Source: Bdellovibrionota bacterium
GTDB lineage: Bacteria; Bdellovibrionota_C; UBA2361; JBGSMV01
DNA: 64,000 nucleotides
Direction of reading: 5' to 3'
NCBI GenBank assembly: GCA_041739995.1
Contig: JBGSMV010000031.1
Coordinates: forward strand, 96,001 to 160,000
Part shown: piece by piece, positions 20,340 to 29,919 of the stretch
Layout: the number at the start of each line of letters is the position of its first letter
How positions within the stretch are numbered: the stretch's first letter is position 1
Translations under genes and position numbers: made by a program
The notes under the pieces: model-generated
What the model was told of the DNA's origin: nothing
The model's database searches: none
Seen by the model: the letters and a program-made list of their open reading frames with translations, nothing else

Positions 20340-21515
20340 ATGACAGAGATTTCATCAATTGAGCCGAACGTTGATCTGATTCGTATCGACGATAAGGAAA
20401 TTTACCTTGTGGGCACCGCCCACGTCAGCCACGAAAGTACCGCACTGGTAGAAAGAATTATTCGTTCCCATCGGGCTAATTCGGTTGCCATTGAGCTGTG
20501 CGAGCCACGCTACCAGTCACTCAAGAATCCCGATCGTTGGAAGAATACGGATTTGGTCGCAATCATGCGCGAAGGCAAAGCCTACGTACTGATGGCGCAA
20601 CTGATGCTTGCCGCCTTTCAGAAAAAGTTAGGGGACCAGCTTAAGATTAAGCCGGGCGCTGAGATGCTACGCGCCGCGGAAGTAGCTGAAGCTGAAGGCG
20701 CCACAATTGTGCTTGCAGATCGCAATGTCACCACAACTCTAAAGCGCACCTGGGCTGCGCTTGGCTTCTGGTCGATGATGAAGGTTCTCGGCGCAATGAT
20801 CGGGGGGCTCTTTACCGAGCAAAAGATTGATGCCGCAGAAATCGAGCGTTTGAAATCAAGCGATGCGCTCGACGCACTGATGGAAGAATTCTCGCAGACA
20901 TTGCCCGAAGTGAGAGACACCCTCATTGATGAAAGAGATCAATATTTGGCAGTAAAGATTCGAGAGGCTCCGGGACCAAAAATCATCGCGATAGTAGGAG
21001 CCGGGCATGTGCCCGGCATAAAACGCTACTTGGGTGAGCCGATCGATCTGAAGAAACTAGAAGAAATTCCGCCACCGCACCTAATCACCCGCATGGTAGG
21101 TTGGGGAATTCCGCTCGCCTTTCTAAGTCTGATCGTAGCCGGCTTTTTCGTTTCGGGCGGCAGCGCAACCATGGAGATGGTTGGTTGGTGGATCGTGGTT
21201 ACAGGCAGTTTTGCTGCACTTGGCTCCCTAGTCGCCCTGGCCCACCCGCTTACAATTCTTTCAGCCTTCGTCGCCGCACCACTGACCACCATTCATCCTA
21301 TTTTGGCTTCTGGCTGGGTGGCAGGCCTCGTAGAGGCTATGATTAGACGCCCCAGGGTAGGAGACCTTGAGCATATTGCTGATGATCTCGGGACGTTGCG
21401 GGGGTGGTGGAAAAACCGCGTAAGCCGAGTTCTGCTGATCATGGCTATGACCAATCTTTTTGGTACAATCGGGGCGCTCTGGGGGATTAAGGTAGTGGCC
21501 AGCATGGTATCTTAA
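20340..21515 (+). CDS. TraB/PrgY (TraB/GumN) family protein
   Basis: LVGTAHVS, IELCEPR, PGAEM, LADR, LIDERD and VGAGHVPGI motifs plus C-terminal TMs. Confidence 0.92.
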   Translation: MTEISSIEPNVDLIRIDDKEIYLVGTAHVSHESTALVERIIRSHRANSVAIELCEPRYQSLKNPDRWKNTDLVAIMREGKAYVLMAQLMLAAFQKKLGDQLKIKPGAEMLRAAEVAEAEGATIVLADRNVTTTLKRTWAALGFWSMMKVLGAMIGGLFTEQKIDAAEIERLKSSDALDALMEEFSQTLPEVRDTLIDERDQYLAVKIREAPGPKIIAIVGAGHVPGIKRYLGEPIDLKKLEEIPPPHLITRMVGWGIPLAFLSLIVAGFFVSGGSATMEMVGWWIVVTGSFAALGSLVALAHPLTILSAFVAAPLTTIHPILASGWVAGLVEAMIRRPRVGDLEHIADDLGTLRGWWKNRVSRVLLIMAMTNLFGTIGALWGIKVVASMVS

Positions 21516-21642
21516 GTCAGTGATACCCTGCACAATATATCCCTCGAGGAGTATCCCTCGAGGAGTTGTACCCCTAGGAGTTCAAGCCTCAAGTAGGCCA
21601 TCTTCGGACTCTTTTGAAGTTAATAGCCTGATTTTCATTGTC

Positions 21643-22668
21643 ATGACTCGTTCAAACTCCCTCCGTAATGTTGCTGCTCCGCCCCAATCCTCGCTTGAAT
21701 TCGCGAGACAGTTCCTTATGCAAATCGCCTCGGGCGTTCACTCGGTAGCCGAAGTGCTCGATGGTCGCTTCGACGCAGCCGTGGACTTACTATGCGAAGT
21801 ACCCGATTCAGGGCGTATCATTACGTGCGGTGCGGGAAAGACCGGTATTATAGGCGAGAAGCTCTCGGCGACGCTGTCTAGCGTTGGGTTCCCTTCGTTT
21901 TCACTTCATCCTGCGGATGCCGCGCATGGAGATCTAGGGCGCATCACCGCGACGGACCTGGTCCTTTTGCTTTCCAATAATGGCGCAACCGCTGAGTTGG
22001 TGCGTCTGCTACCAGCTCTTAAGAGCATTGGCTGCAAAACTATAGCGATTAGCGCCAACCAGGATTCATCGCTGGCGCATGCAGCCTCGATCTTTCTTCC
22101 TCTTCCCAAACTTCAAGAAGCTGGTCCACTTGGGCTCGCACCAACTTCATCAGCTGTTGCTTTGCTTGCTCTTGGCGACGCCCTCATCATGAGCGCCGTT
22201 TCGCGTCGTGGCTTCACGGCTGAGCAATTTGCAAGTCGTCATCCCGGAGGATTACTTGGTAAGACTCTTCTACTCGTAAAAGACGTGATGCGTCGAGGAG
22301 ACCAGCTTTGCGTCGTCCCAGAATCAATGATTTGTCGTGAAGTTCTGCATCGCATCACGCTCACGCGCGGAAAACCAGGTTGCGCTGGTGTGGTGAACGA
22401 CGCCGGTAATCTGTGTGGCGTCTTTACTGATGGCGACTTGCGACGCTGCCTTGATGATTCCTCTCAGGATGCTGCTTCCGTGTTCCTCGATCGGCCGATC
22501 GCATCGGTGATGAGCAAAAATCCTAAATGCCTCGAAGGCGATACTGCTCTAGTGGGCGAGGCCCTTCGTCTGATGAATCAGTATCAAATCGACCAGGTCT
22601 TTGTGATAGACGAAGCCAGGAAACCACTCGGCTTGCTTGATATCCAAGACATCGTTCAGGTCAGCTAG
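21643..22668 (+). CDS. kdsD: Arabinose-5-phosphate isomerase KdsD/KpsF/GutQ
   Basis: GAGKTG, AAHGDLG, LAPTSS, GDAL and HPGGLLG motifs; CBS pair with FTDGDLRR. Confidence 0.92.
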   Translation: MTRSNSLRNVAAPPQSSLEFARQFLMQIASGVHSVAEVLDGRFDAAVDLLCEVPDSGRIITCGAGKTGIIGEKLSATLSSVGFPSFSLHPADAAHGDLGRITATDLVLLLSNNGATAELVRLLPALKSIGCKTIAISANQDSSLAHAASIFLPLPKLQEAGPLGLAPTSSAVALLALGDALIMSAVSRRGFTAEQFASRHPGGLLGKTLLLVKDVMRRGDQLCVVPESMICREVLHRITLTRGKPGCAGVVNDAGNLCGVFTDGDLRRCLDDSSQDAASVFLDRPIASVMSKNPKCLEGDTALVGEALRLMNQYQIDQVFVIDEARKPLGLLDIQDIVQVS

Positions 22669-22710
22669 AGACCGCACGCAATTCTTGGTGTGAACGCCTA
22701 CGGCCCCCTC

Positions 22711-23094
22711 TCAGCCCTGGTTGCTGCGTGCCTTAACTTGAACTGCGTATGAGGTAAGGTGCTCCACGAATCGGGTGTGTAAATCATACCGCAAAAAGAC
22801 CTCGGTCGGTCTTGCCTGCCGAGCAAGCTTTTTAAGATCTTCGTCTTGATTTGGACAGATGCAGAGCACCGCATTATCGGTAATACGAGCAAGGTTTACC
22901 AAGGTGCGAAGCGCCCCTCGCTCCTGAATGGCTTCTAGGGCTACATCTACTATGGCAATTCGATTGGGCTGCTTTAGCTCGTAGACCAGTCGATCGAGCT
23001 TAGCAGTGCGAAGCACACGAAAGCCTGCCCGAGAGCACGCTTGTGCAATTTTATCCTGAAGAAATCCGTCAGCGCTGCAGAGTACGGCGATCAT
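22711..23094 (-). CDS. Atypical stand-alone receiver-domain protein
   Basis: About 127 aa with a CheY-like beta/alpha pattern (IAVL, AGFRV, IAIVDV, VLCI, EVFL). Confidence 0.55.
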   Translation of the reverse strand: MIAVLCSADGFLQDKIAQACSRAGFRVLRTAKLDRLVYELKQPNRIAIVDVALEAIQERGALRTLVNLARITDNAVLCICPNQDEDLKKLARQARPTEVFLRYDLHTRFVEHLTSYAVQVKARSNQG

Positions 23095-23458
23095 ATAGTA
23101 AGGCGCATAATCTATGCGACTTACTATATCCGCCGAGCAGACGCGAGGCCAAGTAACAAATAGTGTGTAATAAGAAACAAGCCGGGAAAATGGCTGCTCC
23201 AAAAAGCCACCTAAAAAGCCACCTAAAAAGGTTGCCCGGTGCCATTTTTCAAGAAATCAAAAATATGATTCTTAGTGCCCGCTCAACTTCGAACTCGCTC
23301 AACTTACGTTACACACTATAATCACTCGATGTACTCCTCACCTAAGGAGTCGAGTTTTCGACAGAATTTCTTTAAGCATTTTTTCTAATAGATTTGCTTA
23401 GTCATTTCTCAGAATTTTCCACAATGCTTACGCGAACATAGAAAAATGCGTCTAAAAG

Positions 23459-23485
23459 TAAACTTCCGCTACCAAGCGTCGATAG
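23459..23485 (+). promoter_or_regulatory. Putative sigma-28 (FliA) promoter of flagellin
   Basis: TAAA-N15-GTCGATAG upstream of a flagellin gene (consensus TAAA-N15-GCCGATAA). Confidence 0.7.
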
Positions 23486-23638
23486 TGTTACTAGCAGATG
23501 GTGTCGTGCAGAAAACTTAAAGGCCGTTCGACTCTTCATGGACGAGGCGGAAGAATTGGCTGTGTAGGAAGGCGCATTTTCACGTGGGTGGCGAACCCTT
23601 GGTGCGTGAACGAGCGTCATTAACACAGAGGTTGACGT

Positions 23639-24433
23639 ATGGCAGATAACAATTCTAGTTCTATCAAACGATTTCTGGATCAGAGCTCCAGAGATTTTAA
23701 CAAAGCAAACGAGAGACTCTCGTCGGGGAAGCGAATCAATAAAGCTTCTGATGATGCCGCTGGTCTCGCAATCGCGCAGGCATTGCTTGCTGAGGAGAAA
23801 ACCCTCTCAGTCGCTTCCAGAAATATTAGTGACGGAACCTCGGTTTCTGCGATTCAAGATGCCGCAGTCGCGACTATCTCTGACATAAGTATCCGGCAGG
23901 CTGAGCTTGCCGCTCAGTCTGCAAATGGCACTCTTAGTGATGAGCAGCGAGTGGCGCTCGATACGGAGTATCAGGCTCTGGGACAAGAAGCACAGCGAAT
24001 CGCCGCTACCTCAGAATTTAACGGGGTAAATGTCTTGCAGTCAGGCGTAACGCTCCAGGTCGGCACGGACTCAAGCGCCAATTCTCAGATCTCACTCCAA
24101 GGCTCAGACGTTGCCGCTCTCACCGGGGCAATTGGCAATATTCTCACTGCTGGTGCAGCCGTTACGGCCCTCGATTCAGCAACTTCTAGAGTCGATGCGG
24201 CAGCGACAACGCGTGGAGAATTTGGCGCAGCGACCGCACGACTCGATTACGCAGATGCCAACATCGCTTCTCGTCGTGAGAATGTTGCCGCAGCCCGCTC
24301 TAGGATTGAAGACGCCGACGTGGCAACTGAGGTAGCAAACCAAACCTCTGCGCGCATAAGGCAACAAGCAGCAACAGCCGTTTCAGCTCAGGCAAATATC
24401 TCACAGCAAGCGGTGGCGAACCTGCTGCGATAA
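23639..24433 (+). CDS. fliC: Flagellin (short, D0-D1 only)
   Basis: ERLSSGKRINKASDDAAGLAIA, FNGVNVL, LQVG and SRIEDADVATE...AQAN motifs. Confidence 0.93.
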   Translation: MADNNSSSIKRFLDQSSRDFNKANERLSSGKRINKASDDAAGLAIAQALLAEEKTLSVASRNISDGTSVSAIQDAAVATISDISIRQAELAAQSANGTLSDEQRVALDTEYQALGQEAQRIAATSEFNGVNVLQSGVTLQVGTDSSANSQISLQGSDVAALTGAIGNILTAGAAVTALDSATSRVDAAATTRGEFGAATARLDYADANIASRRENVAAARSRIEDADVATEVANQTSARIRQQAATAVSAQANISQQAVANLLR

Positions 24434-24460
24434 TTCCTGATTGCGGGAGAAAACACTAAG

Positions 24461-25264
24461 ATGCCGATTCGAATTGGAGATACTCAACTGAGCAGACTTG
24501 GACAGCAAACAGCTGTCGGGGGATCTGCGCGCGTGAGAGGAAACAATTCCGTTGAAGCTACGCTACGCAGCACCGACAGCGATGCCGCTCGAATAACGCT
24601 AAGCCAACAAGGTCCCCCTCCGGAGCAATCTCCGTTTCCAGGAATCTCCTCTCTACTGGATAGTCGTAAACAAGCTATATCAGCGGTAAGCGATTTACGC
24701 TCCCAGCAACTCGAACTGAGTGAACGTGCTGAGGGGGTAGCGGTTGGACGAGAGCTCACTTCAATCTCCGAACAGGTGAGCGCCATTGAAACTGAAATTT
24801 CACGGGTGACTTCGAGCGCAACCTTTAACGGCACTAACGTGCTTCAGGGTAATGTGTTCGGCACTCTGGACACTGGAAATCAGGGGGAAGGCTTTGTCAT
24901 CTCAGTGGCAGACGCAAATGCCTTGGCCAACACCGAGATAGACTCTATCTCCACTCCCAATGATGCAGTCGCCGTCTCAAACCAACTTAAACAGATACTC
25001 ACTGACGTAGGTAGATTTGAACAAGATACTGAACAAGCCCAAGAAGTAGCATCGAACCCTGCTTCTACCCGCCCGGAGTTGGTCTCAGAGCCCAGAGACC
25101 AACTCTCGGTGGAAGAAGCAGACGCCCTGGCCCAATCAATCACCCAACAGCTCTCTCAGACTCTTCAGAACCAGTTCGGAGCGGGCACCACTTCTCTATC
25201 CCTGATTGACGCCCTCTCCGCCGGACTTAACCCAGAGCGAGTCAATGAGCTTATCCAGGATTAG
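24461..25264 (+). CDS. Flagellin-like protein (partial N-terminal helical homology)
   Basis: EISRVTSSATFNGTNVL parallels EAQRIAATSEFNGVNVL in the adjacent flagellin, but the conserved termini are missing. Confidence 0.6.
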   Translation: MPIRIGDTQLSRLGQQTAVGGSARVRGNNSVEATLRSTDSDAARITLSQQGPPPEQSPFPGISSLLDSRKQAISAVSDLRSQQLELSERAEGVAVGRELTSISEQVSAIETEISRVTSSATFNGTNVLQGNVFGTLDTGNQGEGFVISVADANALANTEIDSISTPNDAVAVSNQLKQILTDVGRFEQDTEQAQEVASNPASTRPELVSEPRDQLSVEEADALAQSITQQLSQTLQNQFGAGTTSLSLIDALSAGLNPERVNELIQD

Positions 25265-25392
25265 CGTCGCGTCTTCCTTAGCCTCCCCAAAGGCCCTCTA
25301 GTTACAACCAAACCAGACTCTCCTTCTTGAGCCTTCTCCCTCTGAGGCTACGAGTATCCGATCTCCTCCATATAGGCTGGTATCCGCGACAC

Positions 25393-25419
25393 GAAACTTT
25401 CTCCCCCAATCTCCGATGA
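25393..25419 (+). promoter_or_regulatory. Putative sigma-28-like promoter of the minor pilin operon
   Basis: GAAA-CTTTCTCCCCCAATC-TCCGATGA, nearly the same string as 16926-16952. Confidence 0.5.
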
Positions 25420-25515
25420 TCATTGGCGTGTGTCTGTCCCCCCTGGGCTCACAAACAATTGCCAGGAAGGCCAGATTCAACCCGCAGATCAGAGTTAACT
25501 CAGGAGTGCTTTCAG

Positions 25516-25956
25516 ATGAAGACACAAACAAGATCCATTCATGGAAGCACCATTTTGGAACTTATCGTCGCCATTACCGTGGCTGGACTTGTCTTGTCCT
25601 CCGCAGCCTTTACCGGCTCCATGTCCGGAACCATGCCTCCAAGGCGCGCCTGCAATGCCACAGCCAACTTCTTGGAAATCTCCCGTGCACATGCACTCGC
25701 CCACCAGATTTCGGTCGAGGTGGTCAGCGCGGCTGAAGGTCTGGACGCCAAGCTTCCCACATCGAAACCCTCTCTCTCTCTCAGACTCACTCCGCTAAGA
25801 GCTTCTATTCAGTCTGGTGACGGCCACAGCCTAAGTTTTCACCCCAATCTAAGCGCAAGCCCTGCCACATTAACGCTTGGGACAGCAAACTCGCACCTGA
25901 CTCAGTGCGTCATTAAGATCTCTATTCGGGGTCGCATTCGAGTGAGCGACGCATGA
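25516..25956 (+). CDS. Prepilin, FimT/GspH-like minor pilin
   Basis: Cleavage motif G-STILEL plus hydrophobic helix; C-terminal ISIRGRIRV. Confidence 0.78.
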   Translation: MKTQTRSIHGSTILELIVAITVAGLVLSSAAFTGSMSGTMPPRRACNATANFLEISRAHALAHQISVEVVSAAEGLDAKLPTSKPSLSLRLTPLRASIQSGDGHSLSFHPNLSASPATLTLGTANSHLTQCVIKISIRGRIRVSDA

Positions 25957-26264
25957 TTCCTCCACGTTTCAACCCCTATGGATTCTCTTTACTCGAGCTG
26001 ACCATCACCCTCGGCATTCTGAGCATACTGTCTGTGGTGCTCGCACAAGAGATCGGAAACTTTAAACACCAACGACTCACCAGAGATCTCTTGATCGGCG
26101 CATCTGCGGATAAGCACCCTTCAGACCCCTCTCCAGAAAACCTTAACTGCTCAATTACACCGATTGAAGCGCTGCATGAACTTTTGCTGAGTTGCACTGA
26201 CCGAGCTCCAGCATCACCGCATAAATCGCTTCGAGTTTGGCTCATCCCCATGAGGCGCCCATGA
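25953..26264 (+). CDS. Prepilin, PilV/GspI-like minor pilin
   Basis: G-FSLLEL plus hydrophobic helix; ATGA overlap with the previous gene. Confidence 0.78.
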   Translation: MIPPRFNPYGFSLLELTITLGILSILSVVLAQEIGNFKHQRLTRDLLIGASADKHPSDPSPENLNCSITPIEALHELLLSCTDRAPASPHKSLRVWLIPMRRP

Positions 26265-27154
26265 CGCATAAAGTACGACCGAATCACATGAACGGACTTT
26301 CCTTGCTTGAAATGTTGGTCTCTCTTGCTCTGCTCTCGCTGCTTGTCTCTCTCGTACTTTCGTTTGGAAAAAGCGTTCATCTTATTCATGTACAAAGAAT
26401 CAAAGCTCAAAATCAGCAATTAGATCTTCTAATGCTAAACGCAATCACCCAGCGATTGGTGCGCCACTCAGATTCCCATCGCCTCGCACTGCTACCTGTG
26501 ATTCATTCAAACGGAAATATCCGCTACTCAGATGGCACCAAAGTCCAGCAACTTTTTGACTCTCCTCATTTTGCGCCCCGCGCAAGCACCGACGCAATTA
26601 GCAGTCTGGCACTGCGGACCGATGCGCTGCTGAAAGTTAAAACCTGCTCCAGTAACGGGACTACGCTGACCGCGAATGTTTGTGCTCTATCCACACGATC
26701 ACCACGACTAGAGGGCACCAGAAATGTGCTGCTTGTCTCGCCGGAGTCTCTGCGAGTTCACTCCGGCAACATTCGCGGGTCTGGGTCATGTCGGCGCGTG
26801 ATCGTACAACGAGGAGCCAGTCTTTTTGATGATGCCTATGAGCATCCCCTTTCATGCTCCACCTGGCTCGTTGTTCCCGTCACCGATGTTGAAACCTACT
26901 TCTTTGATACGCAGTGGAACCTACGCCTGGCACGGTTTCAAGGTCCTCGCGTCATTGAAAATCAACCGATCCGCAGCATGTCCTTAGATAAGGATTCGAA
27001 AATTTCCTTTGAGCTCAATCACTCCGAACTCGAGTTTATCCTTAGTTATCAAGTGCAAGGTTCCGAGGCCGAAGTCTCCAGGCTCACTCTAAAAAACAGC
27101 TTCCGCGGTGCACTGGCACGTCGACTATCCTCACACCTTACCTTCAACTTTTAA
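26261..27154 (+). CDS. Prepilin, PilW/GspJ-like minor pilin
   Basis: G-LSLLEMLVSLALL; ATGA overlap with the previous gene. Confidence 0.78.
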   Translation: MTHKVRPNHMNGLSLLEMLVSLALLSLLVSLVLSFGKSVHLIHVQRIKAQNQQLDLLMLNAITQRLVRHSDSHRLALLPVIHSNGNIRYSDGTKVQQLFDSPHFAPRASTDAISSLALRTDALLKVKTCSSNGTTLTANVCALSTRSPRLEGTRNVLLVSPESLRVHSGNIRGSGSCRRVIVQRGASLFDDAYEHPLSCSTWLVVPVTDVETYFFDTQWNLRLARFQGPRVIENQPIRSMSLDKDSKISFELNHSELEFILSYQVQGSEAEVSRLTLKNSFRGALARRLSSHLTFNF

Positions 27155-27167
27155 TTGATTGACATCT

Positions 27168-28001
27168 ATGAAAACTCGAAGACCAATGCCGCATTCAAGA
27201 GATTGTCGTTCCGAAGGAGGAACAATAGCGATCGTGCTGCCGTTGCTGGCACTGCTCGCCGGCTTAATTGGAATAGGCGTGGTTAACTCTCAAGTTTTTG
27301 GTATCAGAGTTGCTGCTGACTCTGTGCATGCAAGTCTGGCGGCTCCCCACGCTTCCCTTGCAGCTCTGGTGTCTGTGGCATCTATGCCGCAGTCGCCTGG
27401 CATTCACCTACAGCGCTCTGCTTTTCGTCGTGGACGTGCCACTAGCCACATTTCTGCGGTGGTTGCTCGATCGGACTTTCGGCCGATGTTCCATCTCCAG
27501 GCGTTAACCCCAAGGATATGCAACTGCCGAGAATGTTTCGATGGAACTGAAACCATAAGCATGCTGGCAAGTCACTTCGAGTCCCTACTGAGCAGCAACA
27601 CTTGCGCCATACCAAATCCGCTCATCATATCCCAAGCGACTCTCTATAATGGGAATCTTGAAGTTACCTCGCTGCGCAGTAGCTCTCTCGATTCCTTGCG
27701 CCCGAACTCTCTTATCGCCGGCGGACGGCTACAGGTTGAAGAGCTCTTCATATCTGGAACAGGTTTTTTGATAGCCGGAGGGGACATAGAGATAGCGAGA
27801 ATCACCGGAGGCATAGACGCAGAAGCTATTCTCATTTCACGTACCGGGACGATAAAACTCTCGGATATAAGTCCTCAAGTTCAAGTCCGAGCCATTGCTC
27901 ATGGCACCACGACCCCTTCGCAGATAGCAGTCCAGTATCTCGACGAACCCGCACTTCCGACCTCGCTAGCATTGCTACTTGGATTCCAATCCAACGGCTA
28001 A
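27168..28001 (+). CDS. PilX/GspK-like minor pilin
   Basis: EG-GTIAIVLPLLALL lacks Glu+5, as expected for PilX/GspK; fourth gene of the cluster. Confidence 0.6.
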   Translation: MKTRRPMPHSRDCRSEGGTIAIVLPLLALLAGLIGIGVVNSQVFGIRVAADSVHASLAAPHASLAALVSVASMPQSPGIHLQRSAFRRGRATSHISAVVARSDFRPMFHLQALTPRICNCRECFDGTETISMLASHFESLLSSNTCAIPNPLIISQATLYNGNLEVTSLRSSSLDSLRPNSLIAGGRLQVEELFISGTGFLIAGGDIEIARITGGIDAEAILISRTGTIKLSDISPQVQVRAIAHGTTTPSQIAVQYLDEPALPTSLALLLGFQSNG

Positions 28002-28114
28002 CTCCCTTAAAATTCTGTAGGTTTTGATTTATGCTACAGAGTCACCCCAACCCAGCATACCAGCCTGTAGGGCCTGCAAGCCTGGAGGCGTGTATTATTT
28101 ACAAGGAGTTCAAA

Positions 28115-28630
28115 ATGAAGCGTTGGTCAATTCTTTCTCTTTCCTTTGCCGTAGCACTTTCCGTTAATTTCGCAGGTTCATTCTTCACCATCTCAACAGC
28201 CGATGCGCAGTCAACGCGTAGGGAATGCGTGGCAACCGCGAACTCAGAGCGAGATGTGTGCACTTCTACCTGTCGCTCCACTAGAGAAGACACAATCCTT
28301 ACCTGCAATGCACCCGAAGGTGATTGCGGAGACCAGTGTAAAGCTGCTTTTCTCTCATGTATGGAGCCGGTGTCTGATGCGCGCCAAGCTTGTGTCGGAA
28401 CCTGTGATGCGTCATACGACGCGTCTCGAGTCTCTTGCGCAGCCGCATGCGGATGCACACAGGGAACCAACTGCGGAGGATCCTCCTGCTTTGGAAACTG
28501 TATGGATGTTCCTACCGTCGCAAGAGCTACCTGCAAAGTGAGCTGTATGCGCCGGACTGACATCAAAGCTGCTAGAGCCGCGTGTGCACGCTCGCTTAGA
28601 ACCTGCGCGCGCGTTTGCGTTCGAATGTAG
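28115..28630 (+). CDS. Secreted cysteine-rich protein
   Basis: AAGGAG RBS; signal peptide ending ADA; 20 Cys in about 140 mature residues. Confidence 0.8.
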   Translation: MKRWSILSLSFAVALSVNFAGSFFTISTADAQSTRRECVATANSERDVCTSTCRSTREDTILTCNAPEGDCGDQCKAAFLSCMEPVSDARQACVGTCDASYDASRVSCAAACGCTQGTNCGGSSCFGNCMDVPTVARATCKVSCMRRTDIKAARAACARSLRTCARVCVRM

Positions 28631-28821
28631 TTACTAGCTACTTACGAGCCCCTGGAGATCTTTGGCTGCGCTGTCCCGCACCTCGATCTCGGGGGCATTC
28701 CTTATCGAACCGCCCGGAAAGGTAAAAGCATTCCCTGTTCCAATTTCTAGAGAACCGACCTCGAAATTGGGAATTTTGCCACCCCTTCGCCTATTCCCGA
28801 GATCCTGCCTATCAAAGAGGG

Positions 28822-29841
28822 ATGAATACCCGTGCTTCGATTGAAATCTGTAACCGAGAACGTCAAAGAGCAGTGGATAGAGACCTTTCGCCACTCGAAC
28901 CACTAATAGCTCACGAACGCCGCCGTGCAGCACTTCCTGATGAGGCACAGAAGATCGAACCGCATGAAATCTTACTCATTCCTAAACTCAGCCGCTTTAC
29001 TCTTGACCAACAAGAGTTGGGACTCGGTCCAAGCGCCATAGAGAAGTGGTACCGCTCTCAAGGACTAGATGCACAGCGCATTATTATTGGACATGAGCGA
29101 CAACAACTCGCACTTCAAGTAGCTCGCGAGCAGTTGCCAGCAGACTCTGTAGTATTCCGTGATGAAATAAGCGCCACGCAGCTTGAAAATCGAAAGCTGG
29201 TCATCGCACTGGGTGGCGACAATCACTTCTGCTACGTCGCGGGCCTTCTAAAACACACCTTCATTGCTGGAGTAAATTCCGACCCAACGCAAAGTGAGGG
29301 CGCGATGACCTATTTTGATGCAAGCGAACTCAATAAGCTGATCCAAGCGGTCAGAACAGGTAATTTTCTCATAGAGGATTGGACTCGACTTGGAGTGTCA
29401 GTCGGAGGCAGAGACGTTGGTCTTGCGCTGAATGACGTTTTTCTTGGCGAAGCAGAACGTCACTTCATGTCTCGGCATCTAATAAAACTGGGTAGCCTGG
29501 AGGAAGAGCAGAAAGGGTCGGGACTGCTCGTGGTCACGGGTTCGGACTCCTATGGATGGTATCGCTCTGCGTCTCGATATTTACATAAGGATGGAGATCC
29601 CTTTTCGAAGACGTCTGTAGAAGCTCGCTTCCTACTCACTGAGCCATATTGTGGAACATTGAACTGTGCCAGTCATACGGAAGGACGAATGCTAGCCGGG
29701 GATATTCTTGAAGTCACCTCGCTGAATGATTCTCGAGGCGTGGTCATGCTTGATTCAATGACCGCGGTTCCCTTCCCAAGAGGAGCGGTCGCCCAAGTGC
29801 GCACGGCCCCACATCCACTGAGAGTCGCTACTCTTTCCTGA
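28822..29841 (+). CDS. NAD kinase-family protein (divergent)
   Basis: IALGGDNHF, GVNSDP, ALNDVF and KGSGLLVVTG..S.GW..SA motifs. Confidence 0.8.
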   Translation: MNTRASIEICNRERQRAVDRDLSPLEPLIAHERRRAALPDEAQKIEPHEILLIPKLSRFTLDQQELGLGPSAIEKWYRSQGLDAQRIIIGHERQQLALQVAREQLPADSVVFRDEISATQLENRKLVIALGGDNHFCYVAGLLKHTFIAGVNSDPTQSEGAMTYFDASELNKLIQAVRTGNFLIEDWTRLGVSVGGRDVGLALNDVFLGEAERHFMSRHLIKLGSLEEEQKGSGLLVVTGSDSYGWYRSASRYLHKDGDPFSKTSVEARFLLTEPYCGTLNCASHTEGRMLAGDILEVTSLNDSRGVVMLDSMTAVPFPRGAVAQVRTAPHPLRVATLS

Positions 29842-29919
29842 GAATGCTCACCGATATAGATTCAGGATGCGCTCATTGCTAAAGGGGACAAGGAGCTCCG
29901 CTCTCCCTTCCAAAGTCAG

